Shown: positions 8,579 to 18,781, numbered from the stretch's first letter. The stretch: 64,000 nt of DNA from Spirochaetia bacterium (GCA_965199955.1 CBDATQ010000001.1:1920001-1984000), one strand, 5' to 3'. Notes: generated from the sequence alone by a model not told the origin. Translations and numbers: made by a program.

Positions 8579-11134
8579 TCAGTGCTCGTGGTGCTCGGCG
8601 TGGTCGTGCAGCGGCACGTGGTCGTGGAAGACGCCGTGGCGGTGCATGGTCTGGTGCAGGCGGTTCCAGGCACCTTCCAGGGTGGCGCGGAGCTGCCGGT
8701 AACGCTCTGCATCGGGGCGTGGGGCGATGGTGTCGACGTAGGCCATGGCGCCCTCGATCTGGTCCAGGATCAACCCGGCGTCGTGGGCGGAGAACGGCCG
8801 CGCGCCGTCCACCCGAACCTGCACGGCGCTGGTGTGGGCTGCGATGTCCGAGGCCCGGCCTCGGTAACTGCCGCGTACCCGCAGCGCGATCCAGGTGGAG
8901 CCGTCCGCGCGTACCGTGGTGCTGCCCGCTGCCGCAAGCTGCCCGGCGCCGTCGGACTCCTCGACTATGACCCCGCCGCAGATCAGCTCGACCGTGGAGA
9001 TCGGCACCGCCACCGACTCGACCCGCCACTCGACGGAGACGCTGCCGCCGCCGGCTGGCAGGTTCACGATGCCGCCGGGCGAAGCGCCCTCGACCGTGAT
9101 CTGTGCCAATGGGCCCACCGTCACGAAGGTGTTGCCGGCCTTGATGGCCGCCATCCAGCTGTCGTAGGTGAACTCGCGCTCGCCGAGCTGCGTGTAGGTG
9201 CGCACGCCGCCGAGTTGCGAGGCCGCGGCCATCTTGTCCGAGCCGCCCACCACGGGCAGCCGGTAGCCCAGGTTTAGGTAGCGGTACCAGTCGGCGATGC
9301 CGTACGGATTGATCTGACCCTCGCAGGGGTTGAAGGACATCATCTCCATCGCGTCGATCATCCCCAGGACGATGTCGGCGGCGCGCTCGCACTGCGGGTT
9401 GGGGCCGTGCGGCATCACCACCACGCCGCCCTGCTCGATGCAGCGCGCGGCCCAGTCCGCCATGGTGACCTCCTGCGGATCGCCGATCGCGGACTCCGAC
9501 GGTCCGCCCGTGCACAGCGGATGGATCATCGGCCCGGAGTAGCCCAGGAGCGAGATGTGGCCCAGCACCTGCATGCGGTTCTCGGTGCCGACCCGCACCA
9601 GGAACTCGCCGGCGCCGCCGAAGTCGCCCGCGCCCAGGGTGGTGGCGCCGTCGAAGTCGCTGACGTTGCTGAACATCTCCCCCCACTGGCTGGCCAGCAG
9701 GTTGACGACGTTGACGCCCTCGGCAGCCCCCTCCAGGAGCGCGGTCTGCGGGTTCAGGAAGTGCACGTGGGTGTCGGCGGTGACCCAGCCGCGCTCGCGC
9801 CAGCGCAGCACCCGGTCGAGCTCGAACGTCAGCTCGTCAGTGTCCGGGGCGACGGTCACGCGCGTCCGCAGCGGGCGCACCTCGTAGCCGCGGGCGACCT
9901 CCACGTAGACGTCGCCGAGCGGCAGGTCGGCCACGCACTCGCCGGGGATGTAGGCATACTGGTTGGCGCCGTTGACGAACTCGCCGTAGTTGTCCTCGAA
10001 CCAGTTGCCATTGACGGTGCGGTGGTTGCCCTTCGGGGGCAGGTACTCGCCGGCAGCGCCGTGCAGGTGCAGGCGCACGGCGACCGGTTGCGACGAGCCG
10101 CGTTCCACGACACGGATCTTCACCGGCCGCTCCGCCGCCGCCACCGCGGCGGGGCCGGCTTCCAGCTCGCGCAGCGGGTAGGCCCGGCCGCCGGCCAGGA
10201 GCTTGGCGTTCGGGTGCGCGGCGTACTCCACCAGCGCGCGGGTCGCGGAGATGGCGGGTTGCACGTCCGGGGCGGTCGCACCGTCGCCGTCGGTCCACCC
10301 GGCATGGTCGTAGTCCAGCGCAGGACGCGCGGAGATGATGGTGCCGAGGTCCAGCTCCAGGCCGGCAAGCTGGCGGTCGGCTCCGAAGGCGGCTCCCGGG
10401 GGCAGATCAAGCCGCAGCTTGCGCCGCGTCCCGGGACGCAGCGGATGGTCGGTCAGGTCGGTGGCGGCGATGCCGTACACCGCGCAGCGCTCGGCGCCGG
10501 GGCGCAGCTCGATCGCGTCGATGGCCCGGTCGGGGTGGGGGTTGGGCAATGCGTACAGCCACGCCAGGTCCTGTCCGCCGTCGCGGCCGGAGCCGTGCCG
10601 GGTCTCGCCGCGGCCGTAGCCGACGGTGGTGACCCTTCCGGCCGCCTGGTCCTCCGCGGCGGAGGCGGTCACTCGATCGGCGTGCATCGGGACGGCAGCG
10701 AACGGACTGGCCCCCCAGCCGATGCGCGCCTGCTGGATGGCGAAGCGGCGCCGGATCGGATGCACGTGCTCGGAGCCGTCGGCGTAGCGCAGCACGTAGT
10801 CGGCGACGTGGTCGCCCAGCTCGTTGCCGTCAAGGCCGTGGTCCGCGAAGCCGGTCAGGTAATTGGAGGCGCGATCCTCGACCTGGTGCAGGAAGACCAG
10901 GTAGCGGGCGGGCCGTCCGCCCGCCGACACGGTGACCGGAGAGCCGGCGACCAGCACGGCGTTGGGACCGCCGGCAGAGCCCAGGTCGAACGGCACGCCA
11001 CGGAACGCCTGACTCCCGAACGATGTGGCAAGGTCCGACGGCGGCGCCAGCGGTTCCGGAAGGGCGTTGCGGTCGGCGTTGTACGCGCCGGCCAGAGACA
11101 GCGGGGCAAAGAGATCGGATGCGGGCGTGGCCAT
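8579..11134 (-). CDS. CehA/McbA family (PHP-like) metallohydrolase
   Basis: GWVTADTHVH, TENR..GH, MPH, WYRYLNLG and GGSD..GGVRTY motifs; His-rich C-terminus. Confidence 0.8.
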   Translation of the reverse strand: MATPASDLFAPLSLAGAYNADRNALPEPLAPPSDLATSFGSQAFRGVPFDLGSAGGPNAVLVAGSPVTVSAGGRPARYLVFLHQVEDRASNYLTGFADHGLDGNELGDHVADYVLRYADGSEHVHPIRRRFAIQQARIGWGASPFAAVPMHADRVTASAAEDQAAGRVTTVGYGRGETRHGSGRDGGQDLAWLYALPNPHPDRAIDAIELRPGAERCAVYGIAATDLTDHPLRPGTRRKLRLDLPPGAAFGADRQLAGLELDLGTIISARPALDYDHAGWTDGDGATAPDVQPAISATRALVEYAAHPNAKLLAGGRAYPLRELEAGPAAVAAAERPVKIRVVERGSSQPVAVRLHLHGAAGEYLPPKGNHRTVNGNWFEDNYGEFVNGANQYAYIPGECVADLPLGDVYVEVARGYEVRPLRTRVTVAPDTDELTFELDRVLRWRERGWVTADTHVHFLNPQTALLEGAAEGVNVVNLLASQWGEMFSNVSDFDGATTLGAGDFGGAGEFLVRVGTENRMQVLGHISLLGYSGPMIHPLCTGGPSESAIGDPQEVTMADWAARCIEQGGVVVMPHGPNPQCERAADIVLGMIDAMEMMSFNPCEGQINPYGIADWYRYLNLGYRLPVVGGSDKMAAASQLGGVRTYTQLGEREFTYDSWMAAIKAGNTFVTVGPLAQITVEGASPGGIVNLPAGGGSVSVEWRVESVAVPISTVELICGGVIVEESDGAGQLAAAGSTTVRADGSTWIALRVRGSYRGRASDIAAHTSAVQVRVDGARPFSAHDAGLILDQIEGAMAYVDTIAPRPDAERYRQLRATLEGAWNRLHQTMHRHGVFHDHVPLHDHAEHHEH

Positions 11135-11417
11135 GGCCGATCATACTCGGGCCGGTGCCGTTGCGACAGCGGATCGAACGAGGGTCAGGTCGGGATGTTC
11201 GTGCAGCGAACGGCACCGTGCCGACCCACAAGCCGTGCTACATTGGAAGGGTCCACAGGTTTGACCCTCCCCGCTGACGACAAGCGTGCCGACGCGCTGC
11301 GGAGCCGACTGGGCGCCGAGCTGTAAGAAATCGGCTACGGCAGATCCTCAACCAGGCTCACGCGGAGACCTCGTCCTGAATCGGCCCCCTGCGTGTCTCC
11401 CGATAGCAGCGCTCCGG

Positions 11418-11978
11418 TCAGGCATCGGTGCCCGACATAGATCGGCGTTTGTTCTCGATGGCCGCCTTGACGGCAGTGTACGAGCGCGTGGTGATGAGGC
11501 CCCTGTGATGTTCGACCTTGGCTTCGAATCCGGTGAGTTCATCGCCCGTGAACGACAGTCTCGGCATGAACTCCACCCAGTTGGCCAATTCGATCTCGAT
11601 GAGGTCGCGCAGCTCGTCCTGGGTGACCGGCGCGGCCTCTTCATGAACGCGATTCCAGAGCGTGGCAGCGTCCTTTCCCACCGCTTCGAAGAATTCACTT
11701 CGATTCGAAACGCAGAAAAGGAATGCCAGCCGTTCGGCGCGCTCGCCGATTACTGCACGGATGCGTTGACGGTCTTCGAGGGAAGCGGACTGCGTCAAGT
11801 ACGCCTGCGTGCCGTAGATGCTGTGAAACAACCCGCCGATACAGACCGCCGGATCGTTGCCCCACGCCTGTAGGAGGTCATGCGTTTCGCGCAGGTGATC
11901 CAACAGGGCTCCGCCGCTGTGGGGGTTCTTGTCGGTGTCCAGCTCGAGCAGGAAGTCGAGGTGCTTCTGTTGAATCAT
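11418..11978 (-). CDS. DUF6817 / HD-like domain protein
   Basis: HSGGALLDHL...GLFHSIYGT...IGERAERLAFLF signature. Confidence 0.75.
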   Translation of the reverse strand: MIQQKHLDFLLELDTDKNPHSGGALLDHLRETHDLLQAWGNDPAVCIGGLFHSIYGTQAYLTQSASLEDRQRIRAVIGERAERLAFLFCVSNRSEFFEAVGKDAATLWNRVHEEAAPVTQDELRDLIEIELANWVEFMPRLSFTGDELTGFEAKVEHHRGLITTRSYTAVKAAIENKRRSMSGTDA

Positions 11979-12022
11979 GTTCCATCCGATCCTTAAGCCA
12001 TGCAGGCTATCATGGAGCGAAC

Positions 12023-12430
12023 ATGACGATCAACAGAGCGGATGCGTCGGACGCGGAGGAGCTGGTTGCGCTCAACCGGCAGCTCATCGAGGATGAGCGA
12101 CATCCCAATCCAATGACGCGGGCCGAGCTCGCCGAGCGAATGATCACGTGGATGGAGAAGGGATACACGTGTTATGTCGCGCGATGTGGCGACGTGACCG
12201 CCGGCTACTGCCTCTTCCGTGACGACGGCCAGCACTACAATCTGCGCCAGCTCTTCGTGGCTCGCGGCCAGCGCCGGCGCGGGATCGCCACGGCGCTGAT
12301 GGACTGGATGTATGCGAATGTCTGGTCCGGGAAGCCGGTGCGGCTCGACGTGTTCGCCCACAACGAGGAGGCGGTCGCCTTCTATCGAGGATACGGGTTC
12401 CGTGTCGCGGTCCTCCGCATGGAGAAATGA
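12023..12430 (+). CDS. GNAT family N-acetyltransferase
   Basis: LFV..RRRGIATALM acetyl-CoA motif and N..AVAFY..YGF; GGAG RBS. Confidence 0.88.
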   Translation: MTINRADASDAEELVALNRQLIEDERHPNPMTRAELAERMITWMEKGYTCYVARCGDVTAGYCLFRDDGQHYNLRQLFVARGQRRRGIATALMDWMYANVWSGKPVRLDVFAHNEEAVAFYRGYGFRVAVLRMEK

Positions 12431-12752
12431 CAGTGCGTCCGGAGGACTGTCGGCGCGGTTCGAGGACCGTAGGTTTGCGCTGGCGTTCGCGCGGATTGTG
12501 ACGCATTACGTGCGGCACTACGCATGGCTGGAAGACGGTTTCCTGTTGCGCGGAGCCGGGGCGCTACGGGACACTCCCGGGATACTGGTGAACGGCCGCT
12601 TCGACTTTCAGGCGCCGATCACCAACGCGTGGGAACTCAGACGCGCGTGGCCACGCGCCGAGCTCGTGATCGTGGACGACGCCGGACACGCCGACGCGGC
12701 GATCACCCTCGAGCTGAATCGCGCTACCGAGCGGTTCTCCGGGTCGCGGTAG
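12431..12752 (+). pseudogene. C-terminal fragment of prolyl aminopeptidase (pip-like)
   Basis: ALAFARIVTHY..AWLEDG..PGILVNGRFD..AWEL..WP.AELVIVDDAGH; the N-terminal two-thirds including the nucleophile are absent. Confidence 0.78.
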
Positions 12753-12761
12753 CGCGCATCG

Positions 12762-13164
12762 TCAGGCCGGCCGGCGCCACAGCAGCGGGTTCTGGCTGTC
12801 GTCGTCGAGCGGATCGCCGACCTTCAGGGCTGCCACCTGGGCGTCGGAGAGGACGTTCTGGATGCCGTTGAACACCGAGCCGTCCGGCATGTAGCCGGCG
12901 GTCATGGCACGCCGCCAGTTCGGGGTCATGTTGGGGCCGGCGCCGTGCGCCAGCAGTCCGTTGTGGAAGCCGGCGTCGCCCGGCTCCATCTCGCCCGGGA
13001 CCGGCATGACGTCTCGGAAGCGGGGGAAGTGCTCGAAATAGTCCCCGATCTCTTCACCGACGCGTCGATCCGCCACAGGTTGATGCGCTGCGGAAGACGC
13101 GTACGACGAGGTAGCCGTTGTCGCGATAGGAAGTGATCTGCTCATCGGTCAGTCGAGTGTTCAT
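12762..13164 (-). pseudogene. Phytanoyl-CoA dioxygenase (PhyH) family gene with central deletion and frameshift
   Basis: ATG 13164 gives MNTRLTDEQITSYRDNGYLVV (PhyH N-terminus), out of frame with the C-terminus MEPGDAGFHNGLLAHGAGPN..RRAMT; the HxD region is missing. Confidence 0.8.
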
Positions 13165-13183
13165 GCGTTGATTCCGTCCCTCA

Positions 13184-14491
13184 TTACAGGTAGCGGTTGA
13201 AGAGATGCTCCAGCATCTCCTGTCGTCCGCTCGCGTTGGGAGCGATCTCGCCCTTCTCCAGCATGTAGGATTCAAGTGAGGCGAAGTCCGCATCTCCCGA
13301 CTCGATGCGGGCGCCGATGCCGGAGTCCCAGCTCGCGTAGCGCTCCTGGACGAACGACCGCAGCTCCCCGTCGGCGCGGATGGCCGCGGCGATCTTCAGC
13401 CCGCGCGCGAACGCGTCCATGCCGCCGACGTGGGCGTGGAAGAGGTCGATCGGCTCGAAGCTCTCGCGCCGCACCTTGGCGTCGAAGTTGATCCCGCCGG
13501 GGGCGATGCCGCCATAGTTGAGCAGGATCAGCATGACCTGCGCCGTCAGGTAGAAGCTGGTCGGGAACTGGTCGGTGTCCCAGCCCAGCAGCAGGTCGCC
13601 GGTGTTGGCGTCGATCGAGCCCAGCGACCCCTGGTGCGCGGCGTACTCCAGCTCGTGCACCATCTCGTGGCCGGCAAGCGTCGCGTGGTTCGTCTCGATG
13701 TTGAGCTTGAAGCGCTCGGTCAGGCCGTAGGCGCGCAGGAAGTTGATGCAGGCGGCGTCGGAGTCGTACTGGTGCTTGGTGGGCTCCTTGGGCTTGGGCT
13801 CGACCAGCAGGGTGCCGTCGAAGCCGATGCGGTCGGCGTGGTCGGCCGCCAGGTGCAGGAACCGGCCCAGGTGGTCCAGCTCGCGCTTCATGTCGGTGTT
13901 CAGCAGGCTCTGATAGCCCTCCCGGCCGCCCCAGAACACGTAGCTCTGTCCTCCGAGCTCGCGGGTCACCTCCATGCACTTCTTCACCTGCGAGGCCGCG
14001 AATGCGAACGCGTCGGCGTTGCAGCTCGTGGCGGCGCCGTGCACGTAGCGGGGATGGCTGAACAGGTTGGCGGTGCCCCACAGCAGGCGGATGCCGGTGC
14101 GTTCCTGCTCCGCCTTCAGCGCCTCCACCACCGCGTCCAGGTTGCGGTTGGTCTCGCGCAGGGACGCTCCCTCGGGAGCCACGTCGCGGTCGTGGAAGGC
14201 GTAGTAGGGAGTGCCCAGCTTCGCCATGAACTCGAAGGCGACGTGCACGCGCTCGCGGGCATTGTCGACCGAGTCGCTGCCGTCGTCCCACGGCCGCTGC
14301 AGCGTGGGCGCGCCGAAGGGGTCGGCGCCGGTGGCGCGGAAGGTGTGCCAGTAGACGGTGCTGAACCGCAGGTGCTCGCGCATGGTGCGCCCCTCGATCA
14401 CCTCCGTCTCGTCGTACCAGCGGAACGCCAGGGGGTTCCTGGAGTGGGGACCCTCGTAGGGGATGCGTTCGACGTCGGGGAATCCGTTCAT
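13184..14491 (-). CDS. xylA: Xylose isomerase (class II)
   Basis: [43 protein letters not shown] and GWDTDQFP. Confidence 0.97.
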   Translation of the reverse strand: MNGFPDVERIPYEGPHSRNPLAFRWYDETEVIEGRTMREHLRFSTVYWHTFRATGADPFGAPTLQRPWDDGSDSVDNARERVHVAFEFMAKLGTPYYAFHDRDVAPEGASLRETNRNLDAVVEALKAEQERTGIRLLWGTANLFSHPRYVHGAATSCNADAFAFAASQVKKCMEVTRELGGQSYVFWGGREGYQSLLNTDMKRELDHLGRFLHLAADHADRIGFDGTLLVEPKPKEPTKHQYDSDAACINFLRAYGLTERFKLNIETNHATLAGHEMVHELEYAAHQGSLGSIDANTGDLLLGWDTDQFPTSFYLTAQVMLILLNYGGIAPGGINFDAKVRRESFEPIDLFHAHVGGMDAFARGLKIAAAIRADGELRSFVQERYASWDSGIGARIESGDADFASLESYMLEKGEIAPNASGRQEMLEHLFNRYL

Positions 14492-14583
14492 GACGGGCCA
14501 AACCGTAGCATCTCGCCAACGCGCGGTGCTCGCCAGCGTGGCGAATCCTTGTCATCCCGGCACCGTCGCGGTCCAATGGCGGG

Positions 14584-15381
14584 ATGGACGACCGTCAGAA
14601 ATACCTGTTCGATGTGCGGGGATACCTGGAGCTCGACGACGTGCTGACACGGGATCAGTGCCGGCGGCTCGTCGACGGGATGAAGCGACTCATCGACATG
14701 CCCGGCGACGAGAAGCCGGAAGGAGTGAGCAGCAAGGACGAACCGACCCAGGCGAGCGTCGGCGACCTGACCAGCGCCGGCGCGGAGTTCTGCGCGCTGA
14801 TCGACATCCCGCCCGTCATCGACGTGCTCAAGGTGATCATCCACCACGAGCTGCGGCTGGAGATCAGCTACGGGTACATCCGGCGCAAGGGGTTCCCCGG
14901 CCTGCCGCTGCACGGCGGCGGTGAGTTCGACAGCAACGGGCAGGACCTGACGCTCATGTACCGCCAGTCCAACGGGCGCATCTTCAGCGGCCACACGGTG
15001 GTCGCCTTCAACCTCACCGACGTCGACGAGGAGGAGGGCGGATTCGCCTGCGTCCCCGGCAGCCACAAGGCCAACTTCCCGATCCCGGAGGAGATGAAGA
15101 ACTTCGAGCACGGCGTCGACCGGTCGCTGATCCGTTGCGTCCCCTGCCGGGCCGGCTCCGTGGTGATCTTTACCGAGGCGCTCTGCCATGGCGCCGCGCC
15201 GTGGGACAGCGATCGCGAGCGGGTGACCCTGTTCTACAAATACCACCACGCCGGGATGAAGTTTCACCGCTTCTTCCCCAGCCGCGCCGCGCTGGAGCGG
15301 ATGACGCCGAGCCAGCGCTCCTTCTACATCGAGGTCGCCTCCGACCCGCGCGTCGACCGCGAGTGGTATCCCGGCCGGTAG
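14584..15381 (+). CDS. PhyH-family Fe(II)/2-oxoglutarate-dependent enzyme with HxG motif
   Basis: YLFDVRGYL, LHGGG, GGFACVPGSHK, AGSVVIFTEALCHG and R..LFYKY. Confidence 0.85.
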   Translation: MDDRQKYLFDVRGYLELDDVLTRDQCRRLVDGMKRLIDMPGDEKPEGVSSKDEPTQASVGDLTSAGAEFCALIDIPPVIDVLKVIIHHELRLEISYGYIRRKGFPGLPLHGGGEFDSNGQDLTLMYRQSNGRIFSGHTVVAFNLTDVDEEEGGFACVPGSHKANFPIPEEMKNFEHGVDRSLIRCVPCRAGSVVIFTEALCHGAAPWDSDRERVTLFYKYHHAGMKFHRFFPSRAALERMTPSQRSFYIEVASDPRVDREWYPGR

Positions 15382-15524
15382 CGCCCCGAAACCGTCGCCT
15401 GCGGCTCCGTTTTCGGCCCATCCCCACCTTTCGCGTCGGAGTCGGTCGGCCTTCCCGCTGGCGCGGCAAATCCGACAGACTCTTCGCGCCGGCGGCCTGG
15501 GCGACTCGGCTATACTGACCGATC

Positions 15525-16376
15525 ATGGCAACCGTGACGGAGACTCAGGCGAGCACGCCCGCGCCGGACGGGTTGTACCGCTACGACGGTCTGGCGGAGG
15601 GCGTGACGTGGTTCGATTCGGTCACGGAGCGGGAGATCGCCCGCTTTCGCGAGCAGGGCTACCTGGTCGTGCACGAGGCGTTCGCCATAGACCGGGTGCA
15701 GGATGCGCTGGACGGCCTGCTCGACCTCCTGGCCGGCAACAGCCCCACGTTCGACAGCGTGGATTACGAGTCGAGCGTGGACCCGGCGACGCTCGATGGC
15801 ATGGCCGCGGAAGAGCGTCAGGACTATGTGCGCAAGTTCATGTGGTTCGTGGACCATGACGAGCGCCTGCGTGCGCTGTCGGAAGACCTTGCCCTGATGG
15901 GAGTGGTGCGCCGCATCGTCGGCGAGGAGCCGGAGCTGTTCCAGGACATGGCGCTGCTCAAGCCGCCTCGCGTGGGACGGGAGAAGCCGTGGCACCAGGA
16001 CCACGCCTACTTCGACCTGGAGCTGCGGACGCGGGTGGTCGGCGCCTGGATCGCCCTGGACCGGGCGACGACCGGCAACGGCTGCATGCTCGTCAAGCCC
16101 GGATCGCATCTGCAGGGGCCGGTCGTGCACTTCAAGCGCCGCGACTGGCAGATCTGCGATACGCACGTGGACCCGCTCGGGACGCTGGCCGTGCCGCTGG
16201 AGCCGGGCGGCTGCCTGTTCTTCTCCAGCTTCATGCAGCACGGCACCGCCCCGAACACGAGCGACCAGCGGCGCCGCGCGGTGCAGTTCCATTACCGGCC
16301 GGCCGGCGCCGAGCTTGTCAGCCTGGAGGAGCGCATGGCCGTGTTCGGCTCCGAGGGCAAGGACGTGACCTGCTGA
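15525..16376 (+). CDS. Phytanoyl-CoA dioxygenase (PhyH) family protein
   Basis: KPWHQD, WIALDRAT..NGCM..PGSH and HGTAPNTS..RRA. Confidence 0.92.
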   Translation: MATVTETQASTPAPDGLYRYDGLAEGVTWFDSVTEREIARFREQGYLVVHEAFAIDRVQDALDGLLDLLAGNSPTFDSVDYESSVDPATLDGMAAEERQDYVRKFMWFVDHDERLRALSEDLALMGVVRRIVGEEPELFQDMALLKPPRVGREKPWHQDHAYFDLELRTRVVGAWIALDRATTGNGCMLVKPGSHLQGPVVHFKRRDWQICDTHVDPLGTLAVPLEPGGCLFFSSFMQHGTAPNTSDQRRRAVQFHYRPAGAELVSLEERMAVFGSEGKDVTC

Positions 16377-17136
16377 CAGTCGCCGAACAATGCGCCGTCC
16401 TGATGCGGGCGGTGGAGGAAGTCGTGCCGGAAGACGGACTCGCCCGGCTCCTGCGGCTGGCGCAGGCGGAGCAGAGACCCCTGCGGGTCAAGCTGGGCAT
16501 CGATCCGACTGCATCGGACGTGCACCTCGGCTTCGCCGTGGTCTTGCGGAAGTTGCGGCAGTTCCAGGACCTGGGTCACGTCGCCTGCCTCGTGATCGGC
16601 GACTTCACGGCGACGATCGGCGATCCCTCGGGGCGCTCGAAGACGCGGCCGATCCTGACCCGCGACCAGGTGGTCGAGCACGCAGCTACGAACAGCAGTT
16701 GTACAAGATCCTCGATCGTCGAGCGCACGGAGATCCTCTACTACTCGGACTGGCTCGGCACAATGCGGTTCTCCGACGTGGTCGGGCTCGATTCCCAGAG
16801 AAGATGAGCAAGTCTATCGGCAACTACGTCGGCGTCGACGAGGCCGACCGGGCTGAGGCCGAGTTCACGTCCGTGGTTCGCGAGCCGAACACACCCGACG
16901 ACATGGCGGAAGTCGACGTAACCGGCGATGTCGAGGGTCGGGAGATCCGGATCGTACGGCTGCTGTCCCTCGCCGGATTCTCATCCAGCAATCGAGAGGT
17001 TCGCCAGCTTGTCGAGCAGGGCGCCGTCTCCATCGACGGCGTGCGCGTCGCCGACCCGTCCGCGCAGGTTCGTCCTGCGCATGGCAGCGTCCTGAAGGTC
17101 GGCAAGCGGCGGTTCGCCAGGATTACCCGGACTTAG
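16370..17136 (+). pseudogene. tyrS: Tyrosyl-tRNA synthetase pseudogene (frameshifts plus two internal deletions)
   Basis: VKLGIDPTASDVHLGF (HIGH region), IGDFTATIGDPSGRS, KMSKS and C-terminal S4 domain (QGAVSIDG..KVGKRRF) spread over three frames; about 770 nt versus about 1.2 kb expected; start not clear. Confidence 0.9.
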
Positions 17137-17146
17137 GCGAACGACG

Positions 17147-18307
17147 TCAGTCGAGTGGCGCTGAGTATTCGCCTTCGAGATAGGGGAAGCGCGCTTCCAG
17201 GTCTTCGGCCAACTCCACGCCCCAGCCAGGGCCGTCGGGCAGGAGCAGGTGCCCGTCCTCGATTGCCGGCGGATCGCGCAGGATCCCCCACTGCAGCGGG
17301 CCCTGCACCATGCAGAGCTCCAACACTCGGGGCTTGGGTAGCGCGGCGACGGCGTGGGCGTGGGCGACGCCCATCAGGCCGTTGTGCCAGGAGTGGGGGC
17401 AGATGTCGACCCCGCACCGGTGGGCGCGCTCGACGGTGCGCAGCCACTCGCCGATTCCACAGACCCCCACGTCGGGTTGGGCGATCGCCAGGGCCCCCGC
17501 CTCCAGGTAGGGATCGAACTGCTCCGCCCGGCTGAACACCTCGCCGCCGGTGATCGGCAGATCGACGGCGCGGTTGAGCCGGGCGTAGGTCTCCGGATCG
17601 CGTGGCATCGGCTCCTCGAACCACGTCCACTTCAGTTCGTCCAGTGCTCCGGCGATGGTGTGGGAGTCGGCTTCGTTCAGCCGGCAGTTGCCGTCCAGCA
17701 TCAGCTCCATGCGGCCCTCCACCGCGTCGGTGACGCGGCGCAGCAGGTCGATCATGCGGGCGGCGTCGACTCCCGAGCGGCTCCACTCGGTGCCGACGCG
17801 CATCTTGAACGCCGTGTAGCCGGAGGCGATGTGCGCGAGCGCCTCCTGCACGAGCTGTTCGGGATCGTCCTCCCAGTCGTAGCTGACGCCGCCGGATGCG
17901 TACAGGCGCACGCGCCGCAGCGGCGGGTTGGTGGCGGGGCCGCCCGCGGAGGCGAGCACCTCGCTCACCGGTCGACCGGCGATGCGCGCCCGCAGGTCCC
18001 AGAGGGCGCAGTCGATGCCGGCCAGTGGGATGTCGTCGCGGCGGTCGCCGCCGGTGAGACGGGGCGTGATGTCCGGATCGAGCGGATCGCGGCCGATCAG
18101 GCCCGCCGCCAGCTCGGTGACGCGCTCGCGGATGCGCGACGGAGTGCCGTAGGCGCTGGGCTCGGCGATGCCGCGAACGCCTTCGTCCGTGTCGATGACG
18201 ACGATGGGGCAGTCGGCCTTGACTGCGCGGATCGAGCCGGTGACCCACTGGCGTTCGAGCTCGTGGGCTCGCGAGAGGCAGAGCGTTTCGACAGAGGTGA
18301 TCTTCAT
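17147..18307 (-). CDS. Mandelate racemase/muconate lactonizing enzyme family protein
   Basis: GIDCALWDL, YTAFKMR, LMLDGN, WFEEP, ITGGE, QPD, CPH and PGWGVE. Confidence 0.92.
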   Translation of the reverse strand: MKITSVETLCLSRAHELERQWVTGSIRAVKADCPIVVIDTDEGVRGIAEPSAYGTPSRIRERVTELAAGLIGRDPLDPDITPRLTGGDRRDDIPLAGIDCALWDLRARIAGRPVSEVLASAGGPATNPPLRRVRLYASGGVSYDWEDDPEQLVQEALAHIASGYTAFKMRVGTEWSRSGVDAARMIDLLRRVTDAVEGRMELMLDGNCRLNEADSHTIAGALDELKWTWFEEPMPRDPETYARLNRAVDLPITGGEVFSRAEQFDPYLEAGALAIAQPDVGVCGIGEWLRTVERAHRCGVDICPHSWHNGLMGVAHAHAVAALPKPRVLELCMVQGPLQWGILRDPPAIEDGHLLLPDGPGWGVELAEDLEARFPYLEGEYSAPLD

Positions 18308-18616
18308 GCCGTAAGCCTACGCGATCGTGACGATACGGAGTCTATCCAGTCCTCCAGCGACACGCTCAATGTTTCCCCCCTCCGCGCCAGAGTGTCAAAC
18401 AACGACCATCCCGTCGGTGCCGAGTCGTGAAGCGGATTGTGATAGCGAAAGTCGACCGGCACGATACGAAGATAGCACTTCATCTTCCGTGTCCCGGTCC
18501 AGTGCGTCCTGAAGCAACTCCCGCAACAGCGTCGTACGATCCTTGCCGCGGGCTCGGGCATGCCGGTCGGAGTTCGCTCAGGACCTCGTCAGGAAGACGG
18601 ATCGGTGTCGGTTTGG

Positions 18617-18781
18617 TCACGGTCCCTCGCGGGAGTTGTTCGGCGGTGGCGGGGAGGGATTGGGATTGGGTGGTGCCGGCGGAGCGGGTATGGGCGGCCG
18701 CGAGGGTGGTGTTGGAGTCTTTGGGCGCGGGAGGGATCGGGTATTGGGTCCCTCCTCACGTGAGAAGTCACGACGTGGCAT
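18617..18781 (-). CDS. Putative 54-aa proline-rich small protein (below the ORF-track cutoff)
   Basis: Manual translation MPRRDFSREEGPNTRSLPRPKTPTPPSRPPIPAPPAPPNPNPSPPPPNNSREGP (21 Pro); its ATG lies inside the last codons of the upstream 2-TM gene. Confidence 0.5.
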   Translation of the reverse strand: MPRRDFSREEGPNTRSLPRPKTPTPPSRPPIPAPPAPPNPNPSPPPPNNSREGP

